Assembly (NCBI GenBank): GCA_022605425.2 | Contig: JAKIMF020000001.1 | Location: 2,170,001-2,234,000, forward strand | DNA from: Hamiltosporidium tvaerminnensis FI-OER-3-3 | Taxonomy: Eukaryota; Fungi; Microsporidia | Reading direction: 5' to 3' | DNA length: 64,000 nucleotides | In this document: positions 48,309-61,435 of the stretch, piece by piece | Position numbering within the stretch: position 1 is the first letter of the stretch | Layout: every line of letters starts with the position of its first letter | Notes under the pieces: generated by a model | What the model was told of the DNA's origin: nothing | Seen by the model: only the letters and a program-made list of their open reading frames with translations | Databases searched by the model: none | Translations under genes and position numbers: made by a program

Positions 48309-48953
48309 ATGGAAATAAAAACCGATGAAAATATTAATGAAATAATTGACATAATTTATGAAAAATATATAACAAAGCAAAAATATATTGGCATAGGAAC
48401 AGGAAGAACCATTGAAATTCTAATAAATCATTTGAAGAATAAAAATATTGAAAATATTTTGTTTATACCCACAAGCCTTTCAACGATGCACATATTAAAC
48501 TTAAATAAATTTAAAATATCTCAAATAAATCTTTATAATACTGTTGATTTGTATATAGATGGTGCGGATTATTATAATAAAGATATTGGTTTAATAAAAG
48601 GAAAGGGTGGCGCTTTAACGATGGAGAAACTTTTAGCAAAAATGTCAACTATTTTTGTAGCGGTAATTCAAAAAGAAAAAATAAAAGAGACATTCGATGA
48701 TCTTTATGTTCCAATCGAAATATTACCAGAAGCATTTTCTTATATAGTGAGCATTTTAGAGAAAGAAAAAATAATTTACAGTTTAAGACAAGGTACGGGT
48801 AAATATGGACCTACAATTACAGAAAATGGAAATTTAATTTTTGATGTTAAATATAACTTAGAATTCTTAAAAGAATGTAAAAAAATTACTGGAATAGTTG
48901 AACATGGATTATTTTTAAAAACAGAATTTAATATTAAAATCGTAACTCTATAA
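48309..48953 (+). CDS. RKI1: Ribose-5-phosphate isomerase A
   Basis: GIGTGRT, IDGAD, IKGKGGALTMEK, VPIEI, GPTITENGN and ITGIVEHGLF motifs. Confidence 0.96.
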   Translation: MEIKTDENINEIIDIIYEKYITKQKYIGIGTGRTIEILINHLKNKNIENILFIPTSLSTMHILNLNKFKISQINLYNTVDLYIDGADYYNKDIGLIKGKGGALTMEKLLAKMSTIFVAVIQKEKIKETFDDLYVPIEILPEAFSYIVSILEKEKIIYSLRQGTGKYGPTITENGNLIFDVKYNLEFLKECKKITGIVEHGLFLKTEFNIKIVTL

Positions 48954-50731
48954 ACTAAAATTTTAAAAATAAATATTATATTTGTATTTTATACTTCTAT
49001 CTTTGTTTTTTCGGTTATCTCTGAAAATAATATTGAAATCATCCTTAAATTCTAATTTGATTTGGTTTAGACTAATATAATATTTTAGATAGTATAAATC
49101 AAACATTCTTCTAGCTTGTTTTGCATTCTTAGCATTTAATAACTCGTCTGGTTTTTGCCATGAATTATTAGATTATTAAATATACAATCTACAATAACCA
49201 ATGTAAAATGTATATGTGCTATGTCTGTTACATTAAATTGTATTTTTTTATCTCTTTTTTTATGAGAATATGTAAAAAAAATTACTGGCAGTGTATATCT
49301 AAGCTTTAAAAATTGCTAGTTTTTTTTGGAAATTTTGGATGTGTGGCTATAAATACATCGCCAACTTCAATCTAAGAAGAATGAGAAATAAAATATCTTA
49401 AAAAGTTTAAAGTTACCAAATCTATATTTTGTATTTTTAAAAACAGTTTAAATAATAAAATCCAGAATTATATTATTTTAAAGCTTTAATTATATTTAAA
49501 ACCTTTATAATAAATTCTCAAAATATATTTTAAAGTTTTTAAAGTATATTGAAACAAATCAAAAGAACTAAATACCGCTAAACAAATAAATTATATCTGT
49601 ACAATTTTTTTAATTTAAAATTTATATTTGATAAATTAAAAATGATGCATAAAAATTGATATATTATTCTAAATGTCTATATATGGTAATTTTATAAGAT
49701 TTCACAATTTTTGATGAATAAATCTTTAAATAAATAATGGCCTAGGATTATGGTGATTATGATTGTTTTTAAAGAATAACAATGAAAAAAAGTATTGTAC
49801 TAAAGAAATAATAAGGTATATTTTAAAATCAGTATAAAATCTTCAATTTTTTTGCCTTTTTGTAATTTTTCTTTTAAATATTTTCAACCCGACATTTTAA
49901 GATTAAAAAAAAATATTTGCATGATTTATTGATTTCTGATGTATTTCATTATTGTAAGATCATTCAAGCTATTTCAAAGACTAATATTCTTTAAATTAAT
50001 TTCCATTATGCAGATCTTTAATTATAGCACAACACAAAAACCTAGAACATACGCATGGGCGCTATACACAGGTTAATGTTTTTAGGTCCTTCAAATTTAA
50101 AGAAAAATATTTTTTCAAACAAGATTCCAATTAAAATTTCATATATTGAAGACTTAAATCGCTTTTTAAAATTATAAATCAAAATTTGTTTGGTAAATTC
50201 AAAATTAAAAATATAGAAAAGTTTATTAGTGTTTAAATTTAAAATAACTTATTTTAAGATTAAAATATTAATAGAAAAATATACTTATTTTAAGATTAAA
50301 TTCAAAATTAAAAAAGTATATTAATGTTTAAATTAAAAAATATATTTATTTTAAGATTTAATTATGAAATTTAAATATGAAGGCAGAAATCAATGTTTAA
50401 AATTATAAATCAAAATATAAATTTGCTTGAAAAATAAAACTTTTTATAACACAGGAGAATATTATTTCTTTTCATTGGTAAAAAATAAACCACATTGATT
50501 TTGCTATCTCCCTCCAATAAATTTTAAATATTAAAATTTTACGTTAAATTTAATTTGTTTCCCATATCAGAAAAAAACAATCATTACGAAACACTTTGTT
50601 TCTATTTTTACCAATAAAATGATCAAAAAATAAAACAAAAACAAATTTGTAATTCTGATTCAAAAATCTTAAAACCAATTTGTTATTTTATTTTTTAACC
50701 CTCAAAAAAAACAAAAAAAAAATCAGATCGC

Positions 50732-52075
50732 ATGAAAAGAAGATATAATAACGTTGAAAAAACATTTTTACACGATGCAGTAGATTACATATCTATGGGA
50801 TCGAGATCATTGAAAAGAGACGAATTTACGCGCTCCTTTGAACCAATATCACCATGTGATATGAAACCAAGTGATGTCTTTTATATTTTTATATTTATTA
50901 TCAGATATTATCTTTTGTTTCCAATACGACTGACTTTATTTATACTTGGAACTTTATTGTTCATTTTTTTATTTTTATTTGCTTTGATTTTTAAAGAAGA
51001 AGGAGTCATGGAAAGCGGTTTTCTTTTTTATTCAAAAGTTTTTGTCAAATCTTTCGGGGCAAAAGTTACACATCATGGAAATAAGAATAGACTTGATTAT
51101 CCACACGTTTTTGTAGCTAACCATACTTCTTTTTTGGATTTCTTAGTTTTAAGTAGTCATAAATTTTGCCATGCGTGTGTTTCTGAGAGTCACGGCGGTC
51201 TTTTTGGATTTCTTTTTAAAGTTATTTTATTTAAAAATGGTTCAGTTTTATTCAAAAGAAGTGAAAAACAAGACAGAGAAAAAGTTTTAAAAATAATGAA
51301 AAATCATATTAAAAGAAACAAAGCACCACTGCTTATATTTCCAGAAGGAACTTGTGTAAATAATAAATATACTGTTTTATTTCAAAAAGGGGCATTTGAG
51401 TTGGGTGTTCCAGTCTGTCCAGTGGCTATTAAATACAATCGTTCACTAATGGATCCTTATTGGAACAGAAGAAAACATTCTTTTACGGAACATTTGTTCT
51501 ATTTAATGTCTAGATGGAGATTAGAAGCAGATGTTTATTGGCTTGAACCAATGAGTAAGCTTGAAGATGAGAGTGTTCACGAGTTTTCTGAAAGAGTTAA
51601 AAGAAAGATTTCAGAAGTCGCGGGTCTAGAATCAGTAATATGGAATGGATATTTTAAAAATTCACCAATAATGAAAGATCGTGAAATACTAAGAGAAGCG
51701 TACAGACAAGCTTATTTAAAATATGTGGTTCATTGGAAAAATGACGATTCAGAAAGTTTTAAATATCTAGAAAAATACAAATCCGCAGATGAAAAAAACG
51801 ATTATGATCATGATTTAGATAAACAACAGAATATTTTATATTTTGGTAAATTTACATATAAAGAATATTTAAATATTGTTTTAATTGAATATATAAAGCT
51901 TAAAAGTTCTAAAACAGACCATTTTGAAAGTATGGTATTGAAAGGGGATTGCGTGCGGGATAAATGGTGGGGATATGAGTATAGAAACTCAGGAAACTTC
52001 TCAAAATGTAAATGCTATATGAAAAAAATGATAAGAGTAGAAAATAATTCATCTAAAAGTAGTGGTATTATATGA
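50732..52075 (+). CDS. Glycerol-3-phosphate/lysophospholipid acyltransferase (GPAT3/4/9-like)
   Basis: N-terminal transmembrane segment, VFVANHTSFLDF, LIFPEGTCVNN, FQKGAFEL and PVAIKY motifs. Confidence 0.92.
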   Translation: MKRRYNNVEKTFLHDAVDYISMGSRSLKRDEFTRSFEPISPCDMKPSDVFYIFIFIIRYYLLFPIRLTLFILGTLLFIFLFLFALIFKEEGVMESGFLFYSKVFVKSFGAKVTHHGNKNRLDYPHVFVANHTSFLDFLVLSSHKFCHACVSESHGGLFGFLFKVILFKNGSVLFKRSEKQDREKVLKIMKNHIKRNKAPLLIFPEGTCVNNKYTVLFQKGAFELGVPVCPVAIKYNRSLMDPYWNRRKHSFTEHLFYLMSRWRLEADVYWLEPMSKLEDESVHEFSERVKRKISEVAGLESVIWNGYFKNSPIMKDREILREAYRQAYLKYVVHWKNDDSESFKYLEKYKSADEKNDYDHDLDKQQNILYFGKFTYKEYLNIVLIEYIKLKSSKTDHFESMVLKGDCVRDKWWGYEYRNSGNFSKCKCYMKKMIRVENNSSKSSGII

Positions 52076-52314
52076 AAAAACTGTTGGTGATAGAAAAATC
52101 AAATATATAATTCTGAATAAAAATTGTCTGTAATAATTTTTTTGGTTTTTGATTCAAATCTTTGTTTTAAATTTTAATTTTTTAATGATGGTTTTTTTTT
52201 TGAAATTTTAAATACTACCCTGATTTTTGGAATAATTTTACAGAAAATATTTGAAATGCGTTTTTAGATGTCTAAATTCTTATGGAATCTCTTTGAAAAT
52301 AAATATTATCATAT

Positions 52315-53305
52315 TTTTATTCTGCTGAATAGATATAAATTTAAGTCTTCAAAACAAATTAGGAGCTACTCAGTTCAAGCAATTCTTAATAAAGAGTGTG
52401 CAGAGATTAGAGTGGACACTGGAATAAAAATTCATGTTAAAATTCGGAATAATAGATAAAATATATTTATCTTGGACAAGAGGTAGAATAAGATTACCTT
52501 TGTTGAGGTAGGAATCACTTCCCAAGACTCACTTCAAATAGTTGAAAATATGAAGCTTAGTAAGTATGATCTATTACCAAATGGAGTTGGTCTTATTTAT
52601 AAATTCAATTTGAGATAGTTCCTTATTGTATAATCTGGTTTAATATTGTGACAAAATATCAAATATATATCTTTAAAGGCTGCAAATACCTATGAATGTG
52701 GAGACTTATATTCATTCATCCTCGGCACTACAGCCCTGTACGAGCCTAAGCCTATCTCAGTAATACCACCTAGCGGTCTTTTCTAGTGGGGTTGTTTACT
52801 TATTTGGATTTTGCAACAAGGTGGGTTTAAGGGTGGGTTGTTAGCCCAACCCCAAACAGGAGTACCATTCCCTTTTAATCGCCTCTTACGACAAGCAGAG
52901 AATACTCCAATTCAATTCTGTTCCCGGCATGGTGAGGAAGAAGACACATATATTCAATATAATTTTTAAAAACCAGAATAGATAATTTTCTTTGATCGAA
53001 GAAGAGGACTTGATTCAGGACCAAATGCCGAAGGGAGTGTGATTGTGTGTTATACAAGGAATTGAGATGCACGAAGAACCAATACACCCTATAAAGCAAT
53101 CGAATAACAAGCAAGATGGTGTTAAACAAGAAAATACAAAAATGTTTTATTTTATAAATTAGATGCTGTGATCATCCTGGGAAAACTTAGAATTTACTTA
53201 AATGACTGCAGTTTTAGATGAAGAAATTAAAGCCGCTAAAGAGTCAGAGGGAAATATTTTCAAGCGTCGAAAACATCTTAACCCAGAAATTTATTTAATA
53301 AATGC
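52315..53305 (+). pseudogene. Degenerate 3' fragment of R4/Dong interrupted by an insertion
   Basis: AATAGATATAAATTTAAGTCTTCAAAAC and GTAGGAATCACTTCCCAAGACTCACTTCAAATAGTTGAAA match the element. 3' end TTAACCCAGAAATTTATTTAATAA. Confidence 0.88.
52715..52948 (-). mobile_element. Bipartite RTE-derived non-autonomous element (5' UTR motif + 3' tail)
   Basis: Minus strand has CTGCTTGTCGTAAGAGGCGATTAAAAGGG, GGGGTTGGGCTAACAACCC and GGCTCGTACAGGGCTGTAGTGCCGAGGATGAA. TATATTCA is duplicated at 52707-52714 and 52949-52956. Confidence 0.72.
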
Positions 53306-54589
53306 TTATTTCTTAAAATCGTTTCTTTTTTTATGAAAGGTAAATTAGCACAAGGCTTTAAATTAACTTTTGTAGTTTTAAAAATCCATTCTTGCGTTTT
53401 ACTGAAAGTTGTAGTGAAATAAAACATTTTAAATAGAGTTTTTTTTTTAGAAAATTTACCTGAGCTTCTTTGAATGAACCTTATTATAACTTAAAGTTAT
53501 TAAATAAAGTTCTCTATATTTTTTTTGCTGAACATTCTAAGTTGAGTCTTTTTTTCTTAAAGGCTTAAATATAATAAAACGTGATCATTTTTTTATGAAG
53601 AAATTCGATTTTTAAATTCTAAATAATAGACTTGATATATTTATTTTAGTAATAAATTAAACATAAAAGCTCTCAACACATAGAAATCAGGTTAAAGAAT
53701 TTTTTGGATGGTAAAGTATGATTTTATTAAAATTTTTCTTGTAAAGAAAATTAGTTTCAAACATTGACATAAATATATTTATAATGATGTAGTTTAAAAT
53801 TTACTATCTTTCTATTATTTCTTTTTTTATTATCGCAAAAGTGGCTTTGCTCAGTTAAATATTAAAAAAGAAATAGAAGCTTGATTTTTTTTTAGAGATT
53901 ATCAATGTTTTAGAATCTTAATGGTGTGTCTACAAAATTTTAAACTTAATCTCTTCTAGTCTTGAGTCAACTAACATAACTTAAGTATTAAAGCAAAAAT
54001 AATAAACGAGATGAAAACAATGTAGAATATGTTGTCGGATTACAAATAATCATAGAGGCATGTTTTGATCTATAATACTTAAAAAGACAAAAAAAACATT
54101 CATTTCTATTTAAGGTGATAATAGACGCCAAAAATATAGATAGATTTTTATTGAGACGGCGAAAAATGCACAGCATATAATACATGAAGCAGAAAGACAA
54201 ATGCTTCTCATTATCTTGGTAAATATATATGAATAAAGGAGGTGACAAATAGAACAAAAATTGTTGATTTTTAAACGTATAAAATGATAAATCAAAGCGT
54301 TCACTTAAAATATAGAAAAAAATCAAATATAAAGAATGAAACAAATCAAACAAAGAAAGGAATAAATAAAGCAAACCAAAACAGGTGAGAAGTAACTCAA
54401 TATTTAATAATTTAATTTTTTGAGAAATTTTCTTCCGTTAGCATAAAATTTATTCAATAGCAATAAATTCATTGAAAAAATGCATAACTATATCGATCGG
54501 TTTATAGATTTTTTAATGTCCTTTCATGTTTTTTATTTTCAATAAAAAAATTGCTTCAAACATTCAGATAATTAATGTTCTTAATATAT

Positions 54590-54994
54590 TTAATAACCAG
54601 AACATCCTCTACAACCACAACTATCACATTCTACCAACTCAGTATGTGGTATCTTATGTAATGGTACTCTACATATACAACTATTATCTATACACAGCAC
54701 ACAACATAAATTTTCATATCCTTGTTTTTTCCAATAACTTATTAAATACCGATCTGCATATAAATTATCTAAAAGATATAAATATAGTTCTTTAGAAATA
54801 GATTTATCTTTATAATAACAATTGTAAATGTATCTCGATCTTTGATGATTTAATCTGAATATTTGATGAAAATTATGTGAATATTTTTTTTGAATTGGTA
54901 AATTTATTGCTTCTTTCATTTTATAATCAAGTTTATTTAACATATCTTCTATAGCCGTAAATCCTTCCGGTGGATTTATTGGTATTTTTGGCAT
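54590..54994 (-). CDS. BUD31: Bud31/G10 splicing factor
   Basis: MPKI..PPEGF, HQRSRYIY, WKKQGYENLCC..C, CICRVP and C..CGCRGCS motifs. Confidence 0.97.
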   Translation of the reverse strand: MPKIPINPPEGFTAIEDMLNKLDYKMKEAINLPIQKKYSHNFHQIFRLNHQRSRYIYNCYYKDKSISKELYLYLLDNLYADRYLISYWKKQGYENLCCVLCIDNSCICRVPLHKIPHTELVECDSCGCRGCSGY

Positions 54995-56380
54995 TGGGGT
55001 GTCATCTTTTGATTGTGGTTATTTTATTATTTGGTTTTTAAAAAAATGTTTAGAAGATATAAGATTGGAGAAATAGTTAAAGATATGTTTTTTTCTCAAA
55101 TAAATTATTTTATGTTTGTGTTAAAGCGATCAGATTAAATATAAATATATTTTTTTTGTGCACTTTGAATTATTAATATTAAGAAATATAAAGTTTTTAT
55201 TTATAATAGTAATCTTATATCCGTTAATGAATTCATAATATAGTTTAAAATTTATAGTTCTTTAATCTTTTAATTTAAAAATAAAAATTGTATTTTGACG
55301 GAATTCTAAATAAAACATGATAAAGATTCAGCTTCTAAATCAAAAGAATTTATCAATTGTATACGATTACGTATGCCTCTTTATAATTAATAGGAATCTT
55401 TCAATATATATTTTTAGACAAATAATATAGTTAGCTGATTACCAATTTTTTTTTTTGAGTATTTAAATTTAAATTTTATAAATAATTTCTATGTATCGGT
55501 TTATTTACAATATAAATATATATTGATGCTTCTTCTTTTGATTCGATATACTTCTTTTGTTATTGCTTTGATTCTCTAATGATGGTTTTAAGATTATTTT
55601 TTAAGTAGTTTTTAAAGTTTATACAATTTAAATTGTTCATCTTGATAATTATACATCAAATTCATAGATATTAAATATTTTGTTAGCTCAAAAAATGCAA
55701 TAAAATATAATAATTATTATATCTAATCGTAGAATTTATTTAATATATTACTTCGAAGATTTGGATTTTACTTCAACAAACTAATTAGTCTAAGGAACAA
55801 TTTGATTTAAATTTGATAAACGAAAAATTATGCTTTTCCCATGGCTATATCTACGGAATATTGTTTTGCTTGCTAATCAGTTTCAGATTTTTAGTTTTAA
55901 CAATTTAAAGCAAATCTTCTTAAATAATTTCCTCTTAAAATTTTATTATTAACTTATTTACCTAAATTAAACATATTTGATTATCATTCTTAAATTTAAT
56001 TCAGTTTCCTTGTAAGATAATTCTTTTAACACATATAATTTTCAAACATATCTTTACAAATGTTGTTCTCCACTCTTTTTCGACTCGAATTTATACTTGT
56101 TCAAAAGAAAATATATATGAATTATATTACTCTTTTATTCATATATTATTGTTTGAAAAACCATATTATTTAATTAAAATCTAGGTTTATAAAATTTCTC
56201 TTAATCAAATCATCATTTCCACAATTTTAACCATTTCGTTATCTTCCTCTATATATACCGAATGTTTATTTTTAGAAGATAGATCACTATTAGATTTTGA
56301 GACAAATTCTTATGAAATAAATGTTTAGCAATATAGATTATGAAAAGTAAAAATATAATTTATTTAAATACTTTGTTAAA

Positions 56381-57121
56381 TTATTCACGTTTTTTACGGA
56401 TTTTATATGCTTTGAGTATTGAAAGTATTATAAGAAGAAATACAAACATACTGAGTGCGTATATTATGCTATTCTTAAGCTTTGAAGTGTATTTTGGTAT
56501 TTCAACAAGTTCGTGGTTTGTTTTGTCGATGTGTAAATATGTTTGATTTAGAAGAAAATCAATACGATCTATTTTATATGATTGTGCCTGTATAATCATT
56601 TTCATTTCAAGCAATAATGTAGTAAGATGAAATATAGTTTTCTTTATATTTTGAGAATCACTTGATTTCTTTATCGTTACCATTTCCTGGACACTTCCCT
56701 GAACTGACTCGGAATCAAGATCTTCAAATGTTTGCAGTGAAGATATTTTTTTTAAAAAGCTTTGTTGTATATTCCGATAAAAAAGTAAATTACGTTTGAG
56801 CTTGGTAGCAAAATGATGCTTTATAGAAGATCGCATAGACTCAGGAAGATCTTGTTTTTCAATGACTAAAAAAAGTGATTCGATTTTCGAAATAAGTAAA
56901 TTTATTTCTGCCTTTTTGTGATTTATTTCCGACATTTTTCTCTTTCGCATGTTAAAACTCGGTAGACAATGTCTTTCCAACATAAGTTGAAGATCAGATA
57001 TGCTTTGTTTGGCTTCATTTAACTTTTTCCTAATTGTATCGGCTATACATTCTTTATAATACGTTTTCTTGAGTGGAATGTTAAGTAATTTAAAATATTC
57101 AAAGGTTTTATTTATAAACAT
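56381..57121 (-). CDS. Syntaxin (Tlg2/syntaxin-16-like t-SNARE)
   Basis: N-peptide, RHCLPSF, SNARE motif IIQAQSYKIDRIDF and a C-terminal transmembrane segment. Confidence 0.8.
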   Translation of the reverse strand: MFINKTFEYFKLLNIPLKKTYYKECIADTIRKKLNEAKQSISDLQLMLERHCLPSFNMRKRKMSEINHKKAEINLLISKIESLFLVIEKQDLPESMRSSIKHHFATKLKRNLLFYRNIQQSFLKKISSLQTFEDLDSESVQGSVQEMVTIKKSSDSQNIKKTIFHLTTLLLEMKMIIQAQSYKIDRIDFLLNQTYLHIDKTNHELVEIPKYTSKLKNSIIYALSMFVFLLIILSILKAYKIRKKRE

Positions 57122-58128
57122 CTTTATTTTCTGTCTTTCTTTCCGATACAAATATTTAAATGTAAAACACGTGTAACAGAAAAAAATTCTATATTATAAA
57201 ATATTTTCTATTTCAGTAAAATAGTTTACAACATATATTTTCTGTTTTTACAAATTGTATCAAAATTCAAAAATATTTTAAGTTTTCTTACTGCGTATTT
57301 TAAAGATCAAAATTTTAAATTAAAGCGAAAAAAATAGTGCTAAACGATTAAATAAATTTAAGAAATCATAGATATATCATAATTGCTACTTGTTTTAAAC
57401 AATTTTTCATTAAAAAAATAATTTTATAACCAATAAATTTAATCTTTAAATTTCAAATTATACATTAATTCAGAAGTTATAAAGATACAACTTGAAAACT
57501 GTAATAAAATTGTGTATCTATTTGTTTTAAATAATTTGACTATTCATTGCTATATACAAGATAATTCGATAAAATATTTAAAGATCTAAAATGAAATAGG
57601 TACAAATAAATTTCTTTAATAATTAGATATCTAGCTTGTCAAAAATATATACTATAATATGAGAAAGACTAATTTTGTATAATTCATAGGTAGAATTATT
57701 TTAATATTATTTCGGGTGATAAAATCTGTGATTTGTTAGATTAATTAGAAATTTTTGTTTCGTTCTAAAAAAGAACTAAGATTTTCGAAATTATCATTAA
57801 AATTTTGAATAGAAATAAAGTTAAACAAAAAATTGAGTCTTGCTAATTCCCTGAAAAATATGTGATTGATATTGTTAAATTTCGAATTAACAAAAAAAAT
57901 AAAAACCAAATTTAATCTACGAAGTAAACATTCTTATATAAAATCAAAATTGTCTTTATAAATCCAAGATAGCTTTTAACTTATTATAAAGCTATATAAT
58001 AGCACAATATATCTCTAAAATGTTTATGTTTATTTTAATTGTATTAATGACTATTATTTAGATGTGAAAGTATTTCTTTTGCTATTTTCTTTGTAAAATG
58101 CCTTTGAATTTTTAAAAATTTGTATAAA

Positions 58129-58833
58129 TTACTGCGGTAGTGCCCTGTAAACATATTTATCTTTATAAAATATCTTTTCTACTTTTTCATCATAAATCAT
58201 GACCTGTAATAAAGTATATAAATTTTCTAAACTTAATCCAACATTTGAAATTCCAGTCTTTTCAATATGATCATGGATTGTTTCTAAACACGGAAATTCT
58301 TCGATTTTAGATAACGAAAACTGATTATTCCAAAGAGTTTTTTTAGAAAGATAAACATACATCAACTTTGTAAGCTCAATAACAAATTCTTCATCTATAT
58401 CGGCCTCATTAAACCATATTCCACCGGTCAATTCCTCTGAAGGATTTTGATCGTACGAAATATAAAATTTTAAATTGCTTTTAACTGATTTAATCGCTTT
58501 AATCAGTTTTTTACTTTCCAAAATCTTTAAAATTTTCATAACAAAATTTTGTGGAATATTAGTTTTGTTTTTGATATCTCTCACTAAACATCCCTTCGTA
58601 CCAGATTCTAAAATCAACGTATGTATCATTTTTTCTTCATCCTTCATAGTAGAAAGAGATGCTTTGTATTTTAATGTGTGTCCATCGTTAAAAATATCGA
58701 TTTGTTTTTTCTTCAATAAAATATTTAAATTTTTTGCTATTTCCTCTTGTGTTGCATTTGGATATCCCGCCAAAATGTCAGTTTCAGTTAATCCATCTTC
58801 AGCAGTTGCTATAAATTCCAAAAGATTTTTCAT
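58129..58833 (-). CDS. RPC34: RNA polymerase III subunit C34
   Basis: Winged-helix region KILESKKLIKAIKSV and PSEELTGGIWF...D.EF. ATG at 58833 follows CCC. Confidence 0.93.
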   Translation of the reverse strand: MKNLLEFIATAEDGLTETDILAGYPNATQEEIAKNLNILLKKKQIDIFNDGHTLKYKASLSTMKDEEKMIHTLILESGTKGCLVRDIKNKTNIPQNFVMKILKILESKKLIKAIKSVKSNLKFYISYDQNPSEELTGGIWFNEADIDEEFVIELTKLMYVYLSKKTLWNNQFSLSKIEEFPCLETIHDHIEKTGISNVGLSLENLYTLLQVMIYDEKVEKIFYKDKYVYRALPQ

Positions 58834-60090
58834 AAGAGGGTGCAAGTGTATTATATTTATTTACTGGTGCTGAATATAAAATCCATATCTCATATATGAG
58901 TCCATGATAACTATTTTTTAAGAATTAAAAATCAAATATATTGAATCTATGATTGTGAAATAAAAGAACGAAATTGCTTGCGAAAATAGAAATATAAGAT
59001 AAGTTGCATATAACAGACCGGCCAAGATAAAAAGAAAAAGAATATTTTAAACAAAATAATTAAGAATCAAATAACATATATTTCAGTTTTGATAAATATT
59101 TAACGATCATTTAGTAAGAAAAATGGTTTTTTTAATTCTCAAATTTTAACTCATTTTTTTTTCTATTGGAAATTAATTTTAATTTTTTTAACAAATAAAA
59201 CCCAATTTAGCTCAAATATTTAAACAATATTTTATTTACTATATTTTTTGATAAATAAAAGTATAATTTTAGAATTTATACTCCTAATGTCTCATAAAAT
59301 ATCATAAAACATATTGTTTTGTATATTTCTAAATTTAAACAAAATCTAAAATATAAAAAAAAATTGGTGAGAAGTTCACTATTTTTTACTAAAAAAATTG
59401 TTTTTTAACTGCTTTAATTAAATTTTAAAAGATAAATTAAATCATTTATACACCAATAATCTAATTAGATTATAGTATTGAACAGAAAGAAGAAATAAAA
59501 AGAATACAGTATATATTTAACTTAAAAATTATAAGGAAGAACTGTATTATAATATTCTTTAAGTTCTTTCAAAAGTATAAAATATAGATTTGTATTACCT
59601 TATATGGATAGTAGATAATACAAAAAAGATAAAATTGTTTCATTATAAAACAATTTCTTTAAAATATTAATTTAACTTGAAATATAATATATGGATTGTT
59701 TTCTCGTGATTTATGATTGAATTTTTTTAAAAACCCGAGTAAAGAACATAAATGAAACGGTTAAGATGAGTAATATTGATTATTGAATATAGAATCAAAC
59801 AAAAAAAATAAATTTGAATTCTGCTCTAAGAAATATAAAATTAAAATATAATACTATAATTTGAAATGAAAAAAAAGAAAAATAAAATTAAATTAGACTT
59901 TAAGAAACATAAAACTTAATTGAATCGATATTTAAATTTAGAGACTGAAAACGCGGTAGAAATAAAGTATAAAATTTTAAGAATCTAAAATTTCTTTAGA
60001 TCAGCCATTTATTAAATAAATTAAATTTCAAATTTTTATTAAAGATTTCTAGAATTTAAAATTTAAAAATATTAATTTATCAGATTTTAT

Positions 60091-61098
60091 TTAATTTTTT
60101 TCAAAGAATTGCTTAATTTTGTTTTTAAAGTGTAAATAACTACCGCTAGCTACTATACCAGTCATTATTCCAATTAAAAATATGTTTTCATGAAAAAAAT
60201 TGAACATTTCACTTGCATATAATTTATATATATAATTTTTATCAGCTATATCACTTAATAATTCAGAATTATCTAATATTATCGGTTCAAATTCCATCCT
60301 AAGCAAAACAGGTTTATGATCACTCGTTCTGATATTTTCTAGACTTTTATATTCGGTAAAATTGTGTTTATATTTTGAATTACACAATATTCTATCACAA
60401 TACGATGGGACACGATATTTTTTTACTTCAAAATCATCAGTTCCTGCAATATACTTATATGAAGGTTGAAAATTAATATTTCCTTCCTTAAATCTTGGAT
60501 ATTTTTCGCTAAAATTATTAAATTGATCATTTTTTAATATTTCTTCATAATTTTTTTCGATAATCAAATCATATACCTTTTGTCTGTCAATACCAGAAAC
60601 TCTAAAATTCATATCACCAGAAAGTATTATCGTATCGATTTCTTTAATATCATATGCGCTACTTATTGCTTTGAAACATTCCGAAACCTGTTTCATTCTA
60701 GAATCCAGATTTTTTTCATGCGCGGTTAAATGTGTATTAACAAAAAGAATATTATTTTTTTCATTTGTATCACTAAATTGAATATAATGTGAGGTGAAAC
60801 CTTTGTATCCATTATTCAAAAACCCAAGTCCCATTCTAAAACTTTCTGATTGTAAATTATTCTTGGACAAAACAAAAGAAACAATACCAAATAATCTTTC
60901 AAATCCTATGATGTTATAACTTCCTACACAGTCTTTTACTCGGTTGTATAAGTCTGATGTGGACATAAAAGTAAAATATACTTCTTGTAATCCAATAAAT
61001 AAAATATCTGCATTCATTTCATTCTCAATAATTGATTTTAAATCTGAAAAAGCTGATTTTTTTGCATTTATATTCCATGTTAGTATTGATACACGCAT
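60091..61098 (-). CDS. Inositol polyphosphate 5-phosphatase, C-terminally anchored
   Basis: TWNIN, IGLQE, FVNTHLTAH, GDMNFR, PSYKY, PSYCDRIL and SDHKPV motifs. C-terminal transmembrane segment. Confidence 0.95.
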   Translation of the reverse strand: MRVSILTWNINAKKSAFSDLKSIIENEMNADILFIGLQEVYFTFMSTSDLYNRVKDCVGSYNIIGFERLFGIVSFVLSKNNLQSESFRMGLGFLNNGYKGFTSHYIQFSDTNEKNNILFVNTHLTAHEKNLDSRMKQVSECFKAISSAYDIKEIDTIILSGDMNFRVSGIDRQKVYDLIIEKNYEEILKNDQFNNFSEKYPRFKEGNINFQPSYKYIAGTDDFEVKKYRVPSYCDRILCNSKYKHNFTEYKSLENIRTSDHKPVLLRMEFEPIILDNSELLSDIADKNYIYKLYASEMFNFFHENIFLIGIMTGIVASGSYLHFKNKIKQFFEKN

Positions 61099-61279
61099 TT
61101 GTTAGGGATGATATTTGCTTTAAATATTTTATTTTGATACAGATGTTTTGATTTTTAACCCGATGAAAATAACTTTAAAAGTTTTAAAAACGGTTGTGGA
61201 AAATTAATTAAATAGGAAGTTAATTTATTAAATTTTAAAAAGTGTATTTCAAAAATTAAAATAAAAATAACAAAATTTG

Positions 61280-61435
61280 GAATTCATCGAAAAAAAATAA
61301 CCTTTTTAAATTTAAAAATTTTTTACTTGGCTAATTTCAAATTTTAAAAAAATGAGGTTCGAATTCATCAAAAAAAATGACCTTTTTAAATTTAAAAAAT
61401 TTTTACTTGGCTAATTTCAAATTTTAAAAAAAAAG
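61280..61435. repeat. ~81-bp direct duplication
   Basis: GAATTCATC...CCTTTTTAAATTTAAAAA...TTACTTGGCTAATTTCAAATTTTAAAAAAA occurs twice. Confidence 0.9.

Noticed and set aside
53988-54374. 128-aa hydrophobic ORF and other short AT-rich ORFs (e.g. 1273-1512, 10651-10869, 31302-31538)
   Set aside because: Low-complexity F/I/L/K composition expected by chance, often non-ATG starts, and no recognisable motifs.
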